From the NCBI GenBank assembly GCA_963773605.1, contig CAVZBT010000012.1, positions 198,417 through 262,416 of the forward strand: DNA of 64,000 nucleotides. Reading direction: 5' to 3'. Position numbers and translations under genes: made by a program. Every line of letters starts with the position of its first letter. The stretch's first letter is position 1. Under the pieces are notes generated by a model. The model saw nothing but the letters and a program-made list of their open reading frames with translations. It had not been told where the DNA came from and ran no database searches. Positions 60,410-64,000 of the stretch are shown here, one piece after another. The DNA comes from an uncultured Acidobacteriota bacterium. GTDB taxonomy: Bacteria > Acidobacteriota > UBA6911.

Positions 60410-62245
60410 ATGAATCGAGTCTTCGAGTCTTCCGGTCTTCGACTCTTCGAGCTGATCTTTCTGATGCTCGCGGCGGCCGGGGTACAGGCCCAGAGCGCCG
60501 CGAACGTTCTGCTCGTCCTCAACGAAGCGAGCCCCGTGTCCCTCGAAGTGGGGCAGTACTATGCTCAGAAGCGCGGGATTACGCCGGGCAACATCATCCG
60601 GCTGAAGATCCCGGTCGACGACGAAATCTCCCGCCAGGGGTTCGAACGGGGGATCGAGGCGCCGCTGGCCCGCTGGTTTGCCGCCAATTCCGGTCACGAC
60701 CGTATTCTCTACATCGTGCTGACCAAGGGGGTGCCGTTGCGCATTTCCGGCTCCGGCGGGGCGGACGGCACGGTGGCGAGCGTCGATTCGGAGCTGGCGC
60801 TGCTCTACCGGAAAATGGCGGCGCAGCCGGTGGCTGCCGCGGGCCGTGTCCCCAACCCCTACTTCCTCGGCGACGTACCGCTTTCGCAGGCGAAGCAGTT
60901 CTCCCACGAGTTCCAGGAGATCTACCTCGTCACGCGCCTGGATGGTTATACCAGCGCCGATATCCGCGGGTTGATCGACCGCGGTTTTGCGCCCGCCAAG
61001 GAGGGGAAGATTGTCCTCGATGAAAAACAGTCGGGGCAGGAAAAAGGGAACGCGTGGCTGAGGGCGGCCGCGGATGCGCTCGGCAGCCTGGGGTCGGGCG
61101 GTCGCGTCGTGCACGACGCGACCGAAAAGGTGCTCACGGGGACAAAGGATGTCCTGGGGTACTACTCCTGGGGATCCAACGACCCGGCCATCCGGATCCG
61201 CCATTTCGATTTCGGATTTGTCCCGGGTGCGCTGGCCGGGATGTTCGTCAGCTCGGATGGGCGCACATTCAGCGAGCCCCCGGCCGACTGGAAGCTGGGG
61301 ACGTGGGACGACAAGAGCACGTACTTCGCCTCATCGCCGCAGTCCCTGGCCGGGGACCTCATCCGCGACGGCATCACGGGCGTGGCGGGCCACGTGGCCG
61401 AGCCTTTCCTGGAATCGACGATCCGGCCGGACATTCTCTTCCCGGCGTACCTCTCGGGATTCAACCTTGCGGAATCCTATTACCTGGCCATGCCGTATCT
61501 GAGCTGGCAGACCGTGATCGTCGGCGATCCGCTGTGCGCGCCGTTTCGGACGACGTCCCTCGGGACGGAGCAGATCGACCAGGGGATCGACGAGGAGACC
61601 GAGTTGCCGGCATACTTCGGGCCGCGACGTTTCCACACCATATCGGTCGCTGCGTATCAGCAGGCGCGCATTCACCCGGATACGACCCGGCTGTTGATCA
61701 GGGCGGAAGTCAGGGTGGCCAGGCGCGACCTGGCGGGGGCCCGCCGGATTCTGGAGGAGGCGACGTCGCGCGACAGCCGGATCCTGTCGGCACAGCTCAC
61801 CCTGGCATCGCTGTACGAGCAGGCGCAGGAGTACGACAAGGCGATCGAGCGGTACCGGCGCATCCTGCAGCTGAACGCGGAAAACCCGGTCGCGCTCAAC
61901 AATCTCGCCTACGCGCTCGCGGTGCGGAAGAATGCGCCGCAGGAAGCGCTGCCCATGGCCGAGAAGGCCTATGCGGCAACGAAGGGTAACCCCAACATGG
62001 CCGACACGGTCGGGTGGATCCATCACCTGTTGGGGGACGACAAGAAGGCGAAACCCTACCTTGAAGCGGCCATCAACGGCGGGGCGCCGAATCCCGAGAT
62101 GCACTTCCATGCGGCTGCCATCTATGCGGCGCTGGGCGAGGAATTAGCGGCCGCCGCCGAACTCGAGCACGCCCTGCAGGCCGACCCCGATCTCGCCAAG
62201 CGCGAAGACGTCCGCCAGCTTCAAGCGAAACTGCAAAAGAAGTAA
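60410..62245 (+). CDS. Secreted protein resembling the uncharacterised TIGR03790 family, with a C-terminal TPR region
   Basis: Signal peptide LFELIFLMLAAAGVQAQS. ANVLLVLNEASPVSLEVGQYYAQKRGITPGNIIRL..YIVLTKGVPLRI..ASVDSELALLY..NPYF..IYLVTRLDGYT..VAGHVAEPFL..SWQTVIVGDPLCAPF, then TPR-like repeats. Confidence 0.65.
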   Translation: MNRVFESSGLRLFELIFLMLAAAGVQAQSAANVLLVLNEASPVSLEVGQYYAQKRGITPGNIIRLKIPVDDEISRQGFERGIEAPLARWFAANSGHDRILYIVLTKGVPLRISGSGGADGTVASVDSELALLYRKMAAQPVAAAGRVPNPYFLGDVPLSQAKQFSHEFQEIYLVTRLDGYTSADIRGLIDRGFAPAKEGKIVLDEKQSGQEKGNAWLRAAADALGSLGSGGRVVHDATEKVLTGTKDVLGYYSWGSNDPAIRIRHFDFGFVPGALAGMFVSSDGRTFSEPPADWKLGTWDDKSTYFASSPQSLAGDLIRDGITGVAGHVAEPFLESTIRPDILFPAYLSGFNLAESYYLAMPYLSWQTVIVGDPLCAPFRTTSLGTEQIDQGIDEETELPAYFGPRRFHTISVAAYQQARIHPDTTRLLIRAEVRVARRDLAGARRILEEATSRDSRILSAQLTLASLYEQAQEYDKAIERYRRILQLNAENPVALNNLAYALAVRKNAPQEALPMAEKAYAATKGNPNMADTVGWIHHLLGDDKKAKPYLEAAINGGAPNPEMHFHAAAIYAALGEELAAAAELEHALQADPDLAKREDVRQLQAKLQKK

Positions 62246-62251
62246 GAATTT

Positions 62252-62677
62252 GGAGTGCGGTGCCTCGGCACCGCTGTCGCGGTTGCGCTGGATCGACAGG
62301 CAGGCGCCCACGGTCGGCGCCTAGGCGCCGACCCCAAAGCGGCGTCGAGCCGCCGCACTCCAAATCAGACCTTCCGATAATCTGGAGTGCGGTGCCTCGG
62401 CACCGCTGTCGCGGTTGCGCTGGATCGATAGGCAGGCGCTACGGTCGGCGCCTAGGCGCCGACCCCAAAGCGGCGTCGAGCCGCCGCACTCCAAATCAGA
62501 CCTTCCGATAATCTGGAGTGCGGTGCCTCGGCACCGCTGTCGCGGTTGCGCTGGATCGATAGGCAGGCGCCCAGGGTCGGCGCCTAGGCGCCGACCCCAA
62601 AGCGGCGTCGAGCCGCCGCACTCCAAATCAGACCTTCCGATAATTTGGAGTGCGGTGCCTAGGCGCCGACCGCAAAA
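62252..62677. repeat. Tandem array of about 3.3 REP-like elements (family A, period 131-132 bp including a 22-nt linker)
   Basis: Copies start at 62252, 62384, 62515 and 62647 (the last is internally deleted). The linker is AAATCAGACCTTCCGATAATCT. The array begins 7 nt after the upstream stop and abuts the prsT-like stop codon at 62678-62680. Confidence 0.9.
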
Positions 62678-64000
62678 TCAGACTTTGGCGAGCGTGGCCC
62701 GGGCTTCGTCGGAGCCGGGGAAGTTCGGGTTCAGCCGGGTCGCTTCCGACAGCGCATCCTTCGCCCCCTGCCGGTCGCCGGCTTTGAAGTAGGTCATCCC
62801 CAGATGGTAGTGGTACACGGGGTTCTTCGGTTCCAGCCGCACGCATTCCCGAAACAGATCGATGGCGCTCCGGTAAGCCCCCCTCTTGTAGAGGACCCAC
62901 CCGAGCGTGTCGGCGACACTGCTCGAATCGGGCATCTTTTCCCTGGCAATCTGCGCCAGTTTCAGCGCCTCGTCCAGATTGCCGCCGGTTTCCGCGAGAA
63001 TCCAGGCGAGATTGTTGGCAGCCACGGGCGCCTGCGGGTCGATTTTCAGCGCCTCGCGGTAATAAGGGGCGGCCTTGGCCTGGTTCTTCTGGACATCCCA
63101 GAGCGACCCGAGAACGATGTAGCCCGCTACGGACTTAGGGTTGATGCGCACCGCGTTTTCGAATTCCTTCACCGCCCGGTCGAGCGACTTCTGGGCGATG
63201 AAGAGCCGTCCCAGGAGCTCGTAGGCAGTGAAGCTGTTGCTGTCAAGGGAAAGCACCTTGCGACACGACTCCTCGGCTTTGGGATAGTTCTGCTGAGAGA
63301 GATAGACCTGGCCGAGGGTCTCATACAGGCGGGGGTTCTTCGGATTCCGGGCGATCTCGGCATTGATCAGCTGAACCGCCCTGTCGGCTCGCTTCGAGGA
63401 GGTGTACACGTTGGCCAGCGTGTACAGGAGTGAAATGTCGCCGGGATTGGTCTTCAGAGCCTCCGTCAACGTCGACTCCGCGTTCTTGATGTCCAGCGTG
63501 CCGGCATAGGCCAGTGCGAGCCGCTGCTGGGCGACGGGACTGGCGGGATTGAGCCGGGCCGCCTCCTTGAATTCGGGGAGCGCGCGGAGGAAGTCGCGCT
63601 TGCGGGCATAGGCGTTTCCGAGCGCCGTGCGCGCGTCGACGTTGTTCGGATTGGCCTGGACGCCCTGTTGCGCGTAGTTGGCGGCCGCGTCGGCGTCGCC
63701 GGATTCCAGCTTGAGCTGCGCCAGGTTTGCGTATGCCGGGGCGAAGCGCGCGTCGGCCCGGATGGCCTGGTTCCACGCCGCTTCCGCTTCTGCGGCCTTC
63801 TTTCCCTGGTAATAGGCAACCCCGAGATAGTAGTGGGCCGCCGCGGCATTCGGGTTGGCCGCAACGATGGCTTTCAGGTCGGAGATTCCCTCGGCGGTCT
63901 TCTGCTGCCCCAGGAGGATCCGGGCCCGCAGGATACGGCCTTCCGTGTCGCCGGGTTTCGCCTTGAGAATCTCATCGGCGACCTGGAGGGCTTGATCGAA
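62678..64000 (-). CDS. prsT: TPR-repeat protein, PrsT-like (PEP-CTERM system TPR lipoprotein type), partial; N-terminus beyond the right edge
   Basis: My manual translation shows the frame of ORF 62678-63469 stays open, with no in-frame stop or start, up to position 64000. TPR motifs run throughout (..AAAHYYLGVAYYQGKKAAEAEAAWNQAIRADARFAPAYANLAQLKL..). The ORF-track start at 63469 is a TTG artefact. Confidence 0.75.
   Translation of the reverse strand, partial: FDQALQVADEILKAKPGDTEGRILRARILLGQQKTAEGISDLKAIVAANPNAAAAHYYLGVAYYQGKKAAEAEAAWNQAIRADARFAPAYANLAQLKLESGDADAAANYAQQGVQANPNNVDARTALGNAYARKRDFLRALPEFKEAARLNPASPVAQQRLALAYAGTLDIKNAESTLTEALKTNPGDISLLYTLANVYTSSKRADRAVQLINAEIARNPKNPRLYETLGQVYLSQQNYPKAEESCRKVLSLDSNSFTAYELLGRLFIAQKSLDRAVKEFENAVRINPKSVAGYIVLGSLWDVQKNQAKAAPYYREALKIDPQAPVAANNLAWILAETGGNLDEALKLAQIAREKMPDSSSVADTLGWVLYKRGAYRSAIDLFRECVRLEPKNPVYHYHLGMTYFKAGDRQGAKDALSEATRLNPNFPGSDEARATLAKV

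Noticed and set aside
1-64000. A search for PrsR (NtrC-type regulator), tRNA/rRNA genes, toxin-antitoxin or defence systems, and mobile-element genes.
   Set aside because: None could be supported from the translations or the sequence patterns in this window. A whole-genome search is needed for PrsR and for the Sec-decoding genes.

Overview
High-GC bacterial chromosomal segment. I saw no rRNA, tRNA, CRISPR, transposase, integrase or phage genes. Almost all of it is one large exopolysaccharide (EPS) plus PEP-CTERM/exosortase (XrtA/EpsH-type) locus. The taxon guess of a soil Acidobacteriota-like organism is low confidence.

Layout:
(1) 3-13841, + strand. An NDP-sugar pyrophosphorylase tail comes first. 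Next is a priming phosphoglycosyl transferase broken by three frameshifts, which runs into a membrane protein with a degenerate GGDEF domain. Then come DUF218 and a Cys-rich hypothetical. An 8.7-kb Wzx/Wzy-type cassette follows (three GT4, a FemAB-like protein, a hexapeptide acetyltransferase, an O-antigen-ligase-like polymerase and a flippase), bracketed by ~95-bp inverted repeats. A CapD-like dehydratase closes this part.
(2) 13976-25300. A hypothetical secreted protein and a GNAT come first. Two divergent paralogous Fn3-repeat/LamG proteins follow, with a PilZ gene between them. Last is one AT-richer PEP-CTERM substrate gene with a textbook sigma-54 promoter.
(3) 25654-51580, a ~26-kb minus-strand gene train. 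In transcription order: stp1-type GT, deacetylase, CelD-like, flippase, two GT4, rhodanese with an in-frame TGA, Kelch/Fn3 protein, AsnB-like (frameshifted, no Cys nucleophile), O-antigen-ligase-like, CapK/PaaK-like ligase, cysteine desulfurase, GT4, alpha/beta hydrolase, stp2-type GT, PrsK, exosortase, EpsI.
(4) 51912-64000. Wza-like and Wzz-like genes (+) come first. A minus-strand block follows: GT4, FemAB, nucleotidyltransferase, HprK-like kinase, PqqD, small peptide, small membrane protein. Then come a BY-kinase, a TIGR03790-like/TPR protein and a partial PrsT-like TPR protein that runs off the right edge.

Most interesting signals:
- A PqqD/HprK-like kinase/nucleotidyltransferase cassette preceded by an unannotated peptide that ends in Ser.
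- A family of ~110-130-bp highly structured REP-like elements, about 17 copies at 7 sites, inserted at gene junctions. One array has amplified pieces of both flanking genes.
- A rhodanese gene with an in-frame TGA followed by a SECIS-like hairpin.
- Inverted repeats bracketing a self-contained glycan cassette.
- A degenerate GGDEF domain with an intact I-site joined to the priming transferase.
- Several reading-frame lesions in key genes.
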